Positions 8,887 through 18,045 of a DNA stretch of 64,000 nt are shown here, one piece after another. The position numbers were made by a program, and so were the translations under genes. Each line of letters opens with the position of its first letter. The stretch's first letter is position 1. The stretch comes from Candidatus Glassbacteria bacterium (lineage in GTDB: Bacteria; Gemmatimonadota; Glassbacteria; GWA2-58-10): positions 21,362 to 85,361 of the forward strand of contig CAVVYO010000002.1 of the NCBI GenBank assembly GCA_963752515.1, in the 5' to 3' direction. The notes under the pieces were generated by a model that did not search any database, was not told the DNA's origin, and saw only the letters and a program-made list of their open reading frames with translations.

Positions 8887-9834
8887 ATGGCGACTGAACG
8901 CGCGGGCGACGGGGCCGGCTATCTGCTGCCGTTGGCGGTCCCGCTGGGAGAGGATTCCGCCGTGGCCCGGGGACACCTGGAGCGGGTCAACTCCCGGCTG
9001 ACGGGCCTGGGGGTGCGGGTCCTGTTGCGCCGGGCCACGGTCGATGGGCGCAGTTTCGTGCCCTGCTACCTGTTCCGTCTCCCCGCCGGGCGCCGGGATG
9101 ACCAGCAGGCCCGCCTGCTGGCCGAATCGTTCTTCCTGGCGCTGGCCCAGCGGCTGGACTGCCGTTTCCCGATCGGCCGGCTGGACAATCCCTGCCTGCC
9201 GCTGGAGATAGCCGGAGAGCACGAGGCCCTGGAGCTGCGGGAACTGGCGCGGGGCTTTCCCCGGGCCGGGATCGCGGAAGGGACCCCGGAGCCGGCGGTC
9301 CCGCGCGAGGAGGGTCGGGAGAGTGTCGGGCTGGAGGCTTACGAGTTTGCCTGGGAGCTGGTCCCGGTGATCAGCGGTGACCGCTCCTTGCGGCGGGGCT
9401 TGCGGCGGCTGATGGACAGCCGGGAGCTGTGCGGGGCCTCCCGGCGCGAGCTGGCCGGGTTGCTGGAGCAGGGCCAGGGCGCCGACCGCAAGCTGCTGGA
9501 GAAATGCGCCGGGCCGGCGCTGGAGGCGGCGCGGGAGGGATTGGCTCTGCTGCTGGGCGAGGAGCCGGGCCGGGGAAAGGCGTTCTTTTCCCAGCTCGAG
9601 GCCCGGGAGGTGGGCGAGGCCGCCCTGCAGGCGATCGAGGTCCGGCTGGACTGGCGCCAGTTGTTGCGGGCGCTCAACCCGGAGGAGGCCGGGCCGGCCC
9701 TGGAGGGGGAGAGCCTGACCGAGCGGCTGGTGGAGCTGTATTTCTGCCAGGCCGGGGGCAGGGAGCTGGCGCTGGCGCTGCTGCGCCGCAAGCGGCTGTG
9801 GGCGGGGCTGGGAAGGCTGCTGCGGGAGGGGTGA
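8887..9834 (+). CDS. hypothetical protein (315 aa)
   Basis: ATG 8887 preceded by GGAGGGGAGG. The track ORF starts at 8689, but that N-terminus is translated repeat sequence. No domain recognised. Confidence 0.5.
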   Translation: MATERAGDGAGYLLPLAVPLGEDSAVARGHLERVNSRLTGLGVRVLLRRATVDGRSFVPCYLFRLPAGRRDDQQARLLAESFFLALAQRLDCRFPIGRLDNPCLPLEIAGEHEALELRELARGFPRAGIAEGTPEPAVPREEGRESVGLEAYEFAWELVPVISGDRSLRRGLRRLMDSRELCGASRRELAGLLEQGQGADRKLLEKCAGPALEAAREGLALLLGEEPGRGKAFFSQLEAREVGEAALQAIEVRLDWRQLLRALNPEEAGPALEGESLTERLVELYFCQAGGRELALALLRRKRLWAGLGRLLREG

Positions 9835-9930
9835 GGGATTGGCGATTCTGCCAACTAATGTCTCTGCTAATATTCCAGTGACTTTACTATCGGGGTGAAA
9901 GAGGAGGCAGTGTGGACTTCTGTAACCAAG

Positions 9931-10686
9931 TCAATCATCACCAATTCCATAAATTTCCCTTAATACGCCCAGTGCTTCACTCAAAGTTATGCGGCGCAAC
10001 CCCAGATCTGATAGATTCAAGGATGTTTCTTGTTTCATGGCTTGCAAAAATTTGCGAAAGTCTGTCTTGACTGAATCGGGAAGAGTTATTGCCTCGGTGG
10101 GATTGAGCAATTGATAGAGCTTGAAAACATCATTCTTGTGTTTGTTGACGTCATTGCTATGCGCGTTTTTTCTTCCGGATAAGTCGAGCCAGGCACGCGC
10201 TTTGAGAGGAATCAGATGAGTTGGCGCAACGACCGGCAGGCCTTCAAGTTCCTGTTTTCCAGAATGAATGAAGTGATAGTAGTCATTATCAAGGAGAATG
10301 GCGGATAGGCTGGAGATTTCTTCATCTGTAGGTATCGGTGTGAGATGACTCCCATCCGCAATATCAAGAATATCGGGCTTGCGGGAAAACAATTCCAGCA
10401 TCTCGGGATAGGCCTCATCTTGCGGCTTGAAGAACCGGTAAAACAGCCTTCTGCCAGTGCTTTTCTGGCGATTGTCGTACTTGCCATCACGGACAAAAGC
10501 CCAGAACGCTTTTAAAAATTTGTCATTCAAGACTTCTACACACAAGACAATATCCAAATCCTTGGTGGAACGGAACGACAGTCCGGCAGCTTCCATGGCA
10601 AGAGAACAGGCGGTTCCACCGATAAGAACGTAGCAATCGGATAATTCTGAAAAATGGGTCTTAAAATATTCGAGACCTCTTACCAT
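9931..10686 (-). CDS. nucleotidyltransferase, AbiEii/AbiGii-type toxin (type IV TA / abortive infection)
   Basis: 251 aa. LIGGTACSLAM...FRSTKDLDIVL fits the GG(T/S)A...(S/T)xDLD nucleotidyltransferase motif of the AbiEii (DUF1814) family. Low-GC relative to the flanks. The start overlaps the upstream gene stop by 7 nt. Confidence 0.75.
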   Translation of the reverse strand: MVRGLEYFKTHFSELSDCYVLIGGTACSLAMEAAGLSFRSTKDLDIVLCVEVLNDKFLKAFWAFVRDGKYDNRQKSTGRRLFYRFFKPQDEAYPEMLELFSRKPDILDIADGSHLTPIPTDEEISSLSAILLDNDYYHFIHSGKQELEGLPVVAPTHLIPLKARAWLDLSGRKNAHSNDVNKHKNDVFKLYQLLNPTEAITLPDSVKTDFRKFLQAMKQETSLNLSDLGLRRITLSEALGVLREIYGIGDD

Positions 10687-11606
10687 GATAGATTCCCCAT
10701 CATCTCTTCGAGAGCAGCCTGTACCCTCTCATCTGAGTTCTGTTGCAAGGTCAGGTAAAGGGAGAATTTATCAACCACGCCATCTTGGGCAAACATTTGC
10801 GGGGAATAGCTCCAGATTTCCATTTCACAGGCTTCATGGTCCTCCGGGGGCAGTTCGACAGTATCGCCCAGCCGCTTCAGCCAACTCCACTTCTTCAAAC
10901 TGATAGCATAAACCGGCCGATTGGGCGGTGACAGCAGGCTGTAGTCGGCCAAGGCAGACAACCCGGCTTTAATTCCCGGCCAGTGGTCGGCAGAGGGATC
11001 ACGTATCCAAAGCCGCTTCTTGACCGGGCTGCGCATGAATTCACGCGCTTTCTCCCACAATTCTCTTGAGGGCTCACTGAAACACAGCACTCGTTCCCGG
11101 CCTTCCGTGAGGACTTTACCCAAGCCAACAGATTCAAGTTCATCGAATGTCCGCGAGAGAGTCATTGACGAATAATCCATGTTGGCGGACAACCCAGAAG
11201 GGGTATACTTTTGCTTGGCGCCATGGATAATGGCATGCAGCACTACTGCCTGGGTTGATGGGCTGAACTTGGGGCTGCTGCCGCGAATCTTCTTGTAGTG
11301 CTCCCGCAGATCCACTCCAAGCATGGGCAAGTACATCTGATTGCCTGGTACCACAAACGGCACCTTGTGCTCGATCAAACGCTTACGGTTGTATGCGGCG
11401 ATTGCCTGGTGCACATAGATGAACAAAACACCGGCACCTTTTCTGGACCTGTGAGAGATCGGCTTGCAGACATTGGCGGGAGTCACCTGGTTTCGCCAGC
11501 GATCCACCATCAGACACCCCCAGGCATAGCGATCCCAAGAGACACACTTGGAAGAACAGATAGAAGCTGTTGAAGATAGTGCGGAAGCTCTGCTTCCCCC
11601 TTCCAA
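10680..11606 (-). CDS. putative cognate wHTH antitoxin/regulator (AbiEi-like)
   Basis: Sits immediately upstream of, and is translationally coupled to, the AbiEii-type gene. Winged-helix-like segment MDYSSMTLSRTFDELESVGLGKVLTEGRERV. The start is uncertain: an ATG at 11680 opens a 56-aa ORF in another frame (MNSTMQAFEALFSE...), so the N-terminus may be frameshifted. Confidence 0.5.
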   Translation of the reverse strand: MEGGSRASALSSTASICSSKCVSWDRYAWGCLMVDRWRNQVTPANVCKPISHRSRKGAGVLFIYVHQAIAAYNRKRLIEHKVPFVVPGNQMYLPMLGVDLREHYKKIRGSSPKFSPSTQAVVLHAIIHGAKQKYTPSGLSANMDYSSMTLSRTFDELESVGLGKVLTEGRERVLCFSEPSRELWEKAREFMRSPVKKRLWIRDPSADHWPGIKAGLSALADYSLLSPPNRPVYAISLKKWSWLKRLGDTVELPPEDHEACEMEIWSYSPQMFAQDGVVDKFSLYLTLQQNSDERVQAALEEMMGNLSW

Positions 11607-11921
11607 ATCCCGAGGGGAGGACCAGAGATATCAAGCGTCTCGCTGAATAGTGCCTCAAACGCTTGCATTGTGCTGTTCATATCGAGCGCCCCACGCTAAC
11701 GCTGAAATGCACGGTAACAAGGAGAGTGTTAATGAGCAAAAACAATGTTATATACTTGCCTTGCGCTCCGCAAGCTTCTCGTCCAGGTTACGGTGATGGT
11801 TGTTGATGCGGTCGCCTTGTGATCTTATTTTGTATCCTCCCGGGCGGCGTTCGCAACCTCAGCGCCGCCCCTTGCGTTGTGGTAAAGGATTGTCCCTGAA
11901 CGGTGATCCGGCATCCATCCC

Positions 11922-12005
11922 CAATCGATGAAAAGTTTGGAAGGGGGCCAGGGGGGAGCCCCAGGGGGAGCGGAAAAACTTTTTAAAAAGTTTTCCGCTC
12001 CCCCC
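11922..12005 (-). repeat. intergenic repeat family, short copy (K then H, inverted orientation)
   Basis: CAATCGATGAAAAGTTTGGAAGGGGGCC followed by GGGGGAGCGGAAAAACTTTTTAAAAAGTTTTCCGCTCCCCC. TATAAT at 12008-12013 follows directly. Confidence 0.8.
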
Positions 12006-12046
12006 TCTATAATGATTTTAGTGTCTTTCAGAAAGGTTTCCGCAAG

Positions 12047-12834
12047 ATGCCCGATCAGCAAAAAATCTTGGATTACCTGGCGCTGGAGTGAAAGGTCGGC
12101 CGGGCGCCGGCGTTGTTCCTCGATTTCGATGGGACCCTGGCCCCGTTGGCCCGTATCCCCTACGAGGCGGTTTTCCCGGAGGAGAACCTGTCGCGCGGTG
12201 GAGCGCCTGCTGCCGTGCTGCCCCCTGGCGATCATCAGCGGCCGCTCGCTGGAGAGCGTGCGGGCGGCGGCGGGGATTCCCGGCATTTCCTATGCGGGCA
12301 GCCACGGGTTCGAGCTCGCCCTGCCGGATGGCCGGGTGCACCAGGTGGGCGCGGAGTTCCTGCCGCGGCTGGACCGGGCGGAGGTCGAAGCGCGGGAGCT
12401 GGCGGAGGGGGTCGCGGACACCTGGGTCGAGCGCAAGCCATTCTCCCTGGCCCTGCATTACCGCGATGGCGCGGCGCGGGAGCCCGCCCGGCTGGAGGCG
12501 CTGGTGGAGCGGGTGCGAGTCGGCAATGGCCCCCTCAAGCTTGTCCACGGCTAGCTGCTCCTCCAGCTGCAGTCGGCTCTGGAAACTGGCACGAGGGACG
12601 GGCGCGCGCGCGGCCGCCCTCGGTGCTGGCCGCATAGACCGCTGGAAGCTGCTCCCGCTCTACCTGGGCGATGACACCTCCGATGAGGATGCCTTCCGCG
12701 CCGTGGCCGGCCGGGGACTGGGAGTGCTGGTGGCCGAGGAGCCTCGTCCCAGCGCCGCCGCCTTCCGGCTGCGCGACACGGTTCAGGTGCGCGCCATGCT
12801 GGAGGGGCTGGCCCGGCTGCTCAGGCCGGTTTGA
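12047..12834 (+). pseudogene. otsB: trehalose-6-phosphate phosphatase, disrupted
   Basis: OtsB signatures are spread over three frames. FLDFDGTLAP is in frame 2, AIISGRSLESV..YAGSHGFEL..KPFSLALHYR in frame 0 ending at TAG 12552-12554, and LYLGDDTSDEDAF in frame 1. There is also an in-frame TGA at 12089-12091 between ATG 12047 and the FLDFDGT motif. Confidence 0.75.
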
Positions 12835-12851
12835 CTGAGCAACTGCATTGT

Positions 12852-12975
12852 CCGGGGGGAGGGAAGAAAACCTTTTGAAAAAAAGGTTTTCTTCCTCCCC
12901 CCGGACCCCCCTTCTTCTTTCCCAAACTTTTTCGCTTGTTCAAGGCTGAATGGCGGGCAGCAGTCAGGAGCAGCG
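12852..12975 (+). repeat. intergenic repeat family, short copy (H + K + CAGTCAGGA segment)
   Basis: CCGGGGGGAGGGAAGAAAACCTTTTGAAAAAAAGGTTTTCTTCCTCCCCCCGG, then CCCAAACTTTTTCGCTTG, then GGCGGGCAGCAGTCAGGAGC. Starts 18 nt after the otsB stop. Confidence 0.85.
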
Positions 12976-13006
12976 GATCATCCCGCCGCGATTGGCCGCT
13001 TGGCCC

Positions 13007-13034
13007 TTGACTGCGCCGCGAACCGCTGTAAATT
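13007..13034 (+). promoter_or_regulatory. sigma70-like promoter candidate for the permease gene
   Basis: TTGACT, 16-nt spacer, TAAATT, about 115 nt upstream of ATG 13149. Confidence 0.35.
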
Positions 13035-13148
13035 ACCCGGCATTATGTCTTTCCAGTGTCGCCCGGAATATCCCTGACCAGCGGCCGTCCCTGTCCCGGG
13101 CCGGCCCGGAGCGTTCACCCCTGCCGGGACCAGTCCCAAGAGAGAGGC

Positions 13149-14597
13149 ATGTCCACAGCCACGAGCAGCGGTTCCACAGTCGGTTTGAAGCGGGTCCTCA
13201 CCTTAAGCGACCTGGTGATCTACGGGATCATCCTGATCCAGCCCTGCGCGGCGATGCCGCTGTTCGGACATGCCAACCAAGAGGCGCAGGGCCACGCCGT
13301 GGTGTCGGTGCTGCTGGCCATGAGCGCGATGCTGATGACCGCGATCAGCTACGGGCGGATGGCCAACCGTTACCCGGCCGCCGGCTCGGCCTACACCTAT
13401 GTCGGGCGCGGGCTGCATCCCAGCATCGGGTTCCTGACCGGCTTTTCGGTCTACCTCGATTACCTGATCATCCCGATCATCTGCACCATCTTCTGCGGCA
13501 GCGCGGCCAACCAGATGATGCCTTTCATCCCGACCCAGGCCTGGTACCTGCTGTTCGCCGGGATGTTCATCTGGCTCAACCTGCGCGGGATCAAGACCAC
13601 CAGCCGCTTCAGCTGGGCGCTGATGATCGTGATGAGCATCGTGGTCTTCTGGTACATGGGCGCGGCGATCCAGCACCTGTTTTCCCTCGGCGGGACCGCG
13701 GCGCTGTTCAGCACCGAGCCGTTTTACCATTCGAGCTCGTTTTCCTGGAAAGTGATCGGCAGCGGCACCGCGCTGGCGGCCCTGACCTATATCGGCTTCG
13801 ATGGTTTGACCACGCTGTCCGAGGAAGTCGAGAACCCGCGCCGCAACGTGATGCTGGCGACAGTGCTGACCTGCCTGATCACCGGCGTCTGGAGCGGAGC
13901 GCAGGTCTACCTGGCCCAGGCCGCCGTGCCCTGGTCCGAGTGGGGCGGTTTCCTCAACGACATCATGGCCAGGGCCGGCATCTCGGACCTCAGCGAGGCC
14001 CTCAACCGCGCGATGTTCGGCATCGCGGGCATTGTCGGCGGCTACCCGCTCGAGTTCGCGATCACGACCGTCCTGCTGGTGGCGAGTGTCGGCAGCGGGG
14101 TCACCGGCCTGGCCGGCTGTGTCCGCGTGATGTACGGGATGGGCCGCGATCGCGTGCTCCCGGAGAAATTTTTCGGGCACCTGAGCGCCAAGCAATCCGT
14201 CCCCTCCTACAATGTCCTGCTGATCGGGGCCATTGTCGTGGTCGCGCCCTTTTTCCTGGACTATGGCCAGTGCGCCCATCTGATCAATTTCGGCGCCCTG
14301 CTGGCGTTTTCCCTGGTCAACCTGGCCTCGATCCGCGAATACTATTTCCGGAGCAAGAACCGCTCGCTGGGCTCTTTCTTCAAGAATTTCCTGCCCCCCG
14401 CGCTGGGGGTGGTGGCCTGCATGGCGATCTGGAGCAGCCTGCCGCCGCTGACTTTCCTGGTGGGCGGGATCTGGCTGGCGATCGGGGTGATCTACCTGAC
14501 CTACCGCACCGGGTTTTTCCGCCGCGAGCTGACCATGACCGACGTGTTTGGCGGCGGCGAGGTGAAAGAGGAAGCGGAAGAGACCGCGGTCAGGTAG
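13149..14597 (+). CDS. APC-superfamily amino acid/polyamine permease
   Basis: About 480 aa and multi-TM. N-terminus LKRVLTLSDLVIYGIILIQPCAAMPLFG and overall hydrophobic pattern are typical of APC/PuuP-like permeases. Internal ATG with AGAGAGG upstream. Confidence 0.8.
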   Translation: MSTATSSGSTVGLKRVLTLSDLVIYGIILIQPCAAMPLFGHANQEAQGHAVVSVLLAMSAMLMTAISYGRMANRYPAAGSAYTYVGRGLHPSIGFLTGFSVYLDYLIIPIICTIFCGSAANQMMPFIPTQAWYLLFAGMFIWLNLRGIKTTSRFSWALMIVMSIVVFWYMGAAIQHLFSLGGTAALFSTEPFYHSSSFSWKVIGSGTALAALTYIGFDGLTTLSEEVENPRRNVMLATVLTCLITGVWSGAQVYLAQAAVPWSEWGGFLNDIMARAGISDLSEALNRAMFGIAGIVGGYPLEFAITTVLLVASVGSGVTGLAGCVRVMYGMGRDRVLPEKFFGHLSAKQSVPSYNVLLIGAIVVVAPFFLDYGQCAHLINFGALLAFSLVNLASIREYYFRSKNRSLGSFFKNFLPPALGVVACMAIWSSLPPLTFLVGGIWLAIGVIYLTYRTGFFRRELTMTDVFGGGEVKEEAEETAVR

Positions 14598-14638
14598 GTC
14601 TGAGGCCGCGGGTGTGACCGGATCATCAGCAAACAGCA

Positions 14639-14676
14639 GGGGCTGCCCGCGAAGGTTGGGGCGGCCCCTTTGCTTG
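14639..14676. terminator. hairpin between convergent genes (bidirectional terminator candidate)
   Basis: GGGGCTGCCC-10 nt loop-GGGCGGCCCC (one G-U pair), followed by TTTGCTTG. Confidence 0.55.
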
Positions 14677-14787
14677 TATCGCGCAGGTCCTTTCATGGGA
14701 TCTTTGGTTCTGCAACCGCGGCGAGGGTGCAGCTCATCTCCCGATCACATCGGGACACCCCGGAAGATGCGGCATGGCAAGGGGCGT

Positions 14788-17067
14788 TCACTCGATCTCG
14801 AACTCCACCCCCTCGATGTCCCACAGCAGGGAGACCCGGTCCTGGGCCTCCAGCAGCAGGCGGTAGCCGCCCGGCTCCAGCGGCGCGGTATCGAGGGTGA
14901 ACACCTCCGGCACAGGTTCCCGCCCGCTTTCATCATGTCGCTCCAGCACCAGCCGGATCGCCGATTCCGCCCGGCCCTGCCCGTATGATAACAACAGGTC
15001 CGCCATCTTGCCCAGCAACTGGTGGATGATGCCTCGCCCCTCCTCCAGTCGGATCACATCCACGTACTGGCGGAAAGAGCGCGACCCGTCGGCTTCCCGC
15101 GCCAAGTTGCCCAGCTCGGTGTAGACCTGGATCGGCTCCCCGCGACGGAAAGTGAGCCAGGGGCGGGGGGAGATCCTCACTCCGCCGCGGACATGGCAGG
15201 GACCCTGCTCCGGGGGCAGGGGGCCCAGCACCACCGCCGAGTAGTTGATCGAGTCACCATGGAAAATCGGGAAGTTGAGGCTGCCCCGGCCGACATGCTT
15301 TTTCGCTCCGAGCTGGGTACGGAAGAAATAGTTGCTCTTGCCCACCGGGACAACGGCCCGGTGCACCGCCAGCCAGAGGCTGTCGCCGCTCTGGGGGGCG
15401 GCGGGAACCCGGTAGAGCCGGCTGGCGCTCCGGCTGGTGCGGTGCCAGAGGCGGTCGAACGTGCCCAGTTCGCCCGCGGGGGCAGGCTGTCCACCCTCCG
15501 GCGCCGCCTGGTAAATTTCCACTTCCAGGCTGTCCGGCGAGGGGGCGGGGAACTGCGCCACGAAATAATCCAGGGTCTCCTCCAGGTCCTCCACCGCCAG
15601 GTGGCGCACCCGCAGCGCCTGGGGGATGTTCCCGATCATGATCGTGCCTCCCTCCGGCAATGTTGAGGGTCCGGGATAGAGCAGATAGCCGCCGGTGACC
15701 CGCCGCTGCTCGAAGTAGAACTGAGCCCTGCCGTAGTGCCAGACCTGGAGCCGGATGGTCCCGGTGGTGTCGGCCAGCGCATGATCGGTCACCCGGCTGG
15801 AGGGGTAGGAGCTGTGCCGCTCGATGTGGGTCGGCGGTCCCAGGCGCAGGTGGAACAGCCCGCGGTGGTCCAGGGACAGCTCCCGGCAACGGTCTACCAG
15901 CACCTCGGAGTCGAACAGCAGCGCGGGATCGAGGTCCTGGAACTCCAGCGCCGGGGCGCGCAGGATATCGGCGGCCAGCTCCTTCTGGAAAATTTCCTGC
16001 GGGTGGTAGAGGCTGTAGTTGCGCTCGGCGAAACGCAGCCGCTGGTAGTGCTCGGTCAGGCGGCGGTTGTTGCCGGCCAGCGGGTCCAGCTCGAGCATGA
16101 TCCAGAACGAGCGCAGGAAAGTGATCTTCTGCTCCGCGGAGATCAGGAACTGCCACTGCTCCCGATCCTCGGGCAGGAAGATCGCCTCGGTCTCCCGCTC
16201 CAGGCGGCCCAGGGACTCGGTGGCCTCGGCCCGGTCCAGCGCCCGGAAGTAGCCGGCGACAAACTCCAGGCTGTCGCCCCGCTCCAGGGCCAGCCGGGCC
16301 TCGAGCAGGGGCAGGTCCGGCGGCTCGAAGTCGGGGTAGGCTGACCGCAACTGGCTGAGCTTGTGCGCGGCCCGCTCCGGCTGCTCCAGGTAGAAATAAT
16401 CGTAGGCCAGCTCCAACTGCCAGTCGGGGTGGCCGGGATGCTCCTGCAGATACTGCTCCAGGCATCCAGCCACCTGGCGGCGATCTTTGGGATACTGCCC
16501 GTACAGCTCCTCGCGCCAGAGGCGGTGGGCCTCCTGGTACTCCGGGTTCCGGCAGAGCAGCTTTTTCAGGGCGTTGACCGCCAGGCGGAAATCCTCGGGC
16601 TCGCGGCGGGTGAGACCGAGCAGGGTTCGGGCGTAGAGCAGCTCATCGCGATCGGCATCGATCCGGCGCGCCCGGTTCAGCCATTCCCCGGCCCGGCGGT
16701 AATCGCCGGCCACCCGGCGCTCGGTCTCGGCCAGCCCCAGGCAGGCCCGGAACCGCTCCTCTTTCGCGCCATGCTCCAGCACTTGGGAAAAATCCTCCCG
16801 GGCGCGTTCGGCCATTTTCAGCTCGATACCGAGCCACCCGCGGCGCAGCAGCAGCCGGCAGTCCGGTTTCTCGCCGGTCAGGGCGCTGTCCAGCAGGGCC
16901 ATCGCGGCGCTGGTGTCCCCCGCTTCGACCAGCCGTTGCGCCTGCGTTCCGGTCTGATGTTCCTCGAGGGGCGGCAGCAGAATCTGCGAGGCCAGGGTGT
17001 GCGGAAACGACAGGAGGGCGCACGACAGCAGGATCGCGAGCGACTGCAACCGGGCGAAACAGGGCAT
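14788..17067 (-). CDS. secreted TPR-repeat protein with a degenerate GWxTD-like domain
   Basis: Internal ATG 17067 with GGAGG upstream and signal peptide MPCFARLQSLAILLSCALLSFPHTLASQ. TPR-like helical N-terminal half. SFWIMLELDPLAGNNRRLTEHYQRLRFAERNYS ... LDHRGLFHLRLGPPTHIE resembles the GWxTD domain core, but the GWxTD signature itself is not conserved. Confidence 0.6.
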   Translation of the reverse strand: MPCFARLQSLAILLSCALLSFPHTLASQILLPPLEEHQTGTQAQRLVEAGDTSAAMALLDSALTGEKPDCRLLLRRGWLGIELKMAERAREDFSQVLEHGAKEERFRACLGLAETERRVAGDYRRAGEWLNRARRIDADRDELLYARTLLGLTRREPEDFRLAVNALKKLLCRNPEYQEAHRLWREELYGQYPKDRRQVAGCLEQYLQEHPGHPDWQLELAYDYFYLEQPERAAHKLSQLRSAYPDFEPPDLPLLEARLALERGDSLEFVAGYFRALDRAEATESLGRLERETEAIFLPEDREQWQFLISAEQKITFLRSFWIMLELDPLAGNNRRLTEHYQRLRFAERNYSLYHPQEIFQKELAADILRAPALEFQDLDPALLFDSEVLVDRCRELSLDHRGLFHLRLGPPTHIERHSSYPSSRVTDHALADTTGTIRLQVWHYGRAQFYFEQRRVTGGYLLYPGPSTLPEGGTIMIGNIPQALRVRHLAVEDLEETLDYFVAQFPAPSPDSLEVEIYQAAPEGGQPAPAGELGTFDRLWHRTSRSASRLYRVPAAPQSGDSLWLAVHRAVVPVGKSNYFFRTQLGAKKHVGRGSLNFPIFHGDSINYSAVVLGPLPPEQGPCHVRGGVRISPRPWLTFRRGEPIQVYTELGNLAREADGSRSFRQYVDVIRLEEGRGIIHQLLGKMADLLLSYGQGRAESAIRLVLERHDESGREPVPEVFTLDTAPLEPGGYRLLLEAQDRVSLLWDIEGVEFEIE

Positions 17068-17279
17068 CTTGCCTCCAGGGCCGGGAGCGGGCGTGAGGAC
17101 TGCCGGGGGAGGAGCCGGTTGATCTCGCTGATGATTATCGTGCGATCCATGACCGATGTCAATGCTTTTTGCACGGTGCGGGGAGCAAAACCGGGCGGCG
17201 GCAAACCGAAAGCCGGAGGGACAGCCCCCCTCCTGCGGGGCCTGTCCCTCCGGCCGCCAGACAGCCTGTGGCGCGCGGC

Positions 17280-17807
17280 TCAATGGACAGTCGCGTGCAG
17301 GCGCCCCAGGCTGGCCTCGATGAACGCCGGGATGTCCTCCGGGCCGCGGCTGGTGATCAGGTTGCGGTCCTCCACCACCTCCTCGTTGTGGTACTCCGCC
17401 CCGGCATTGCGGATGTCCTGCACGATCGATTTCCAGCCGGTCATCTTGTAGCCCTGGGCCACCTGGGCCGAGATCAGCAGCTGCGGCCCGTGGCAGATCG
17501 CGAACACCGGCTTGCCGCTCTTGACAAAATCGCGGACAAAGCGAACGGCATGCCCATCGGCCCGCAGGTGGTCCGGGGAGTGGCCGCCGGGGATCAGCAG
17601 GGCATCGAACTCATCGACCGACCGGATCTGGCTCACCGCGCGGTCGATCCTGACCTCGGCGCCCTGCTTCTTGCCCTGCACGGTCTCCCCGGCTTTCAGC
17701 CCGACATGAATCAGCTCGTGGCCGTCCTTCTGGTAGGCTTCGGCCGGCCTGGTGTACTCCACATCCTCGAAACCGTTGCCGATCAATACCGCTATTTTGG
17801 CCATCAT
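17280..17807 (-). CDS. DJ-1/PfpI family protein (type 1 glutamine amidotransferase-like)
   Basis: KIAVLIGNGFEDVEY...LLIPGGHSPD...PVFAICHGPQLL carries the nucleophile-elbow Cys-His motif of PfpI/YhbO. Confidence 0.9.
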   Translation of the reverse strand: MMAKIAVLIGNGFEDVEYTRPAEAYQKDGHELIHVGLKAGETVQGKKQGAEVRIDRAVSQIRSVDEFDALLIPGGHSPDHLRADGHAVRFVRDFVKSGKPVFAICHGPQLLISAQVAQGYKMTGWKSIVQDIRNAGAEYHNEEVVEDRNLITSRGPEDIPAFIEASLGRLHATVH

Positions 17808-18045
17808 CCGACCTCCATTTTAGATAAAGCATTGATATGGGATGAGTTACCTGCAATTAATCATACGGCGCGGATGGCCTGAAAGCAACCCATCCCGCCG
17901 CTGCCGAACCGGCCGCTCGGCGATCGGCCAAGACACTGTCACGATTTTGTGGAATTTATTATTATTCCCGCGCGTGATCCGCAACCGTTTTCCTTTCCCG
18001 GCGGGAGGCCGGGCGACCCAGCCACAGGCAGGAGGAGTAAACAGG

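Noticed and set aside
11732-11870. A 24-aa ORF (MSKNNVIYLPCAPQASRPGYGDGC) with AAGGAG 6-7 nt upstream, followed by hairpin GGGCGGCG...CGCCGCCC, divergent from the AbiEi-like gene.
   Set aside because: It is too short to evaluate without comparative data and has no recognisable family. It may be a chance ORF in the island's promoter region. Worth a look only if it is conserved next to homologous TA pairs.
12089-12091. TGA recoding (Sec, or Gly as in some candidate phyla) as the explanation for the in-frame TGA in otsB.
   Set aside because: TGA terminates many intact genes here (hcp, rrf2, trkH, lepA and others). No SECIS-like context was recognised, and the same gene has additional frameshifts and a TAG.
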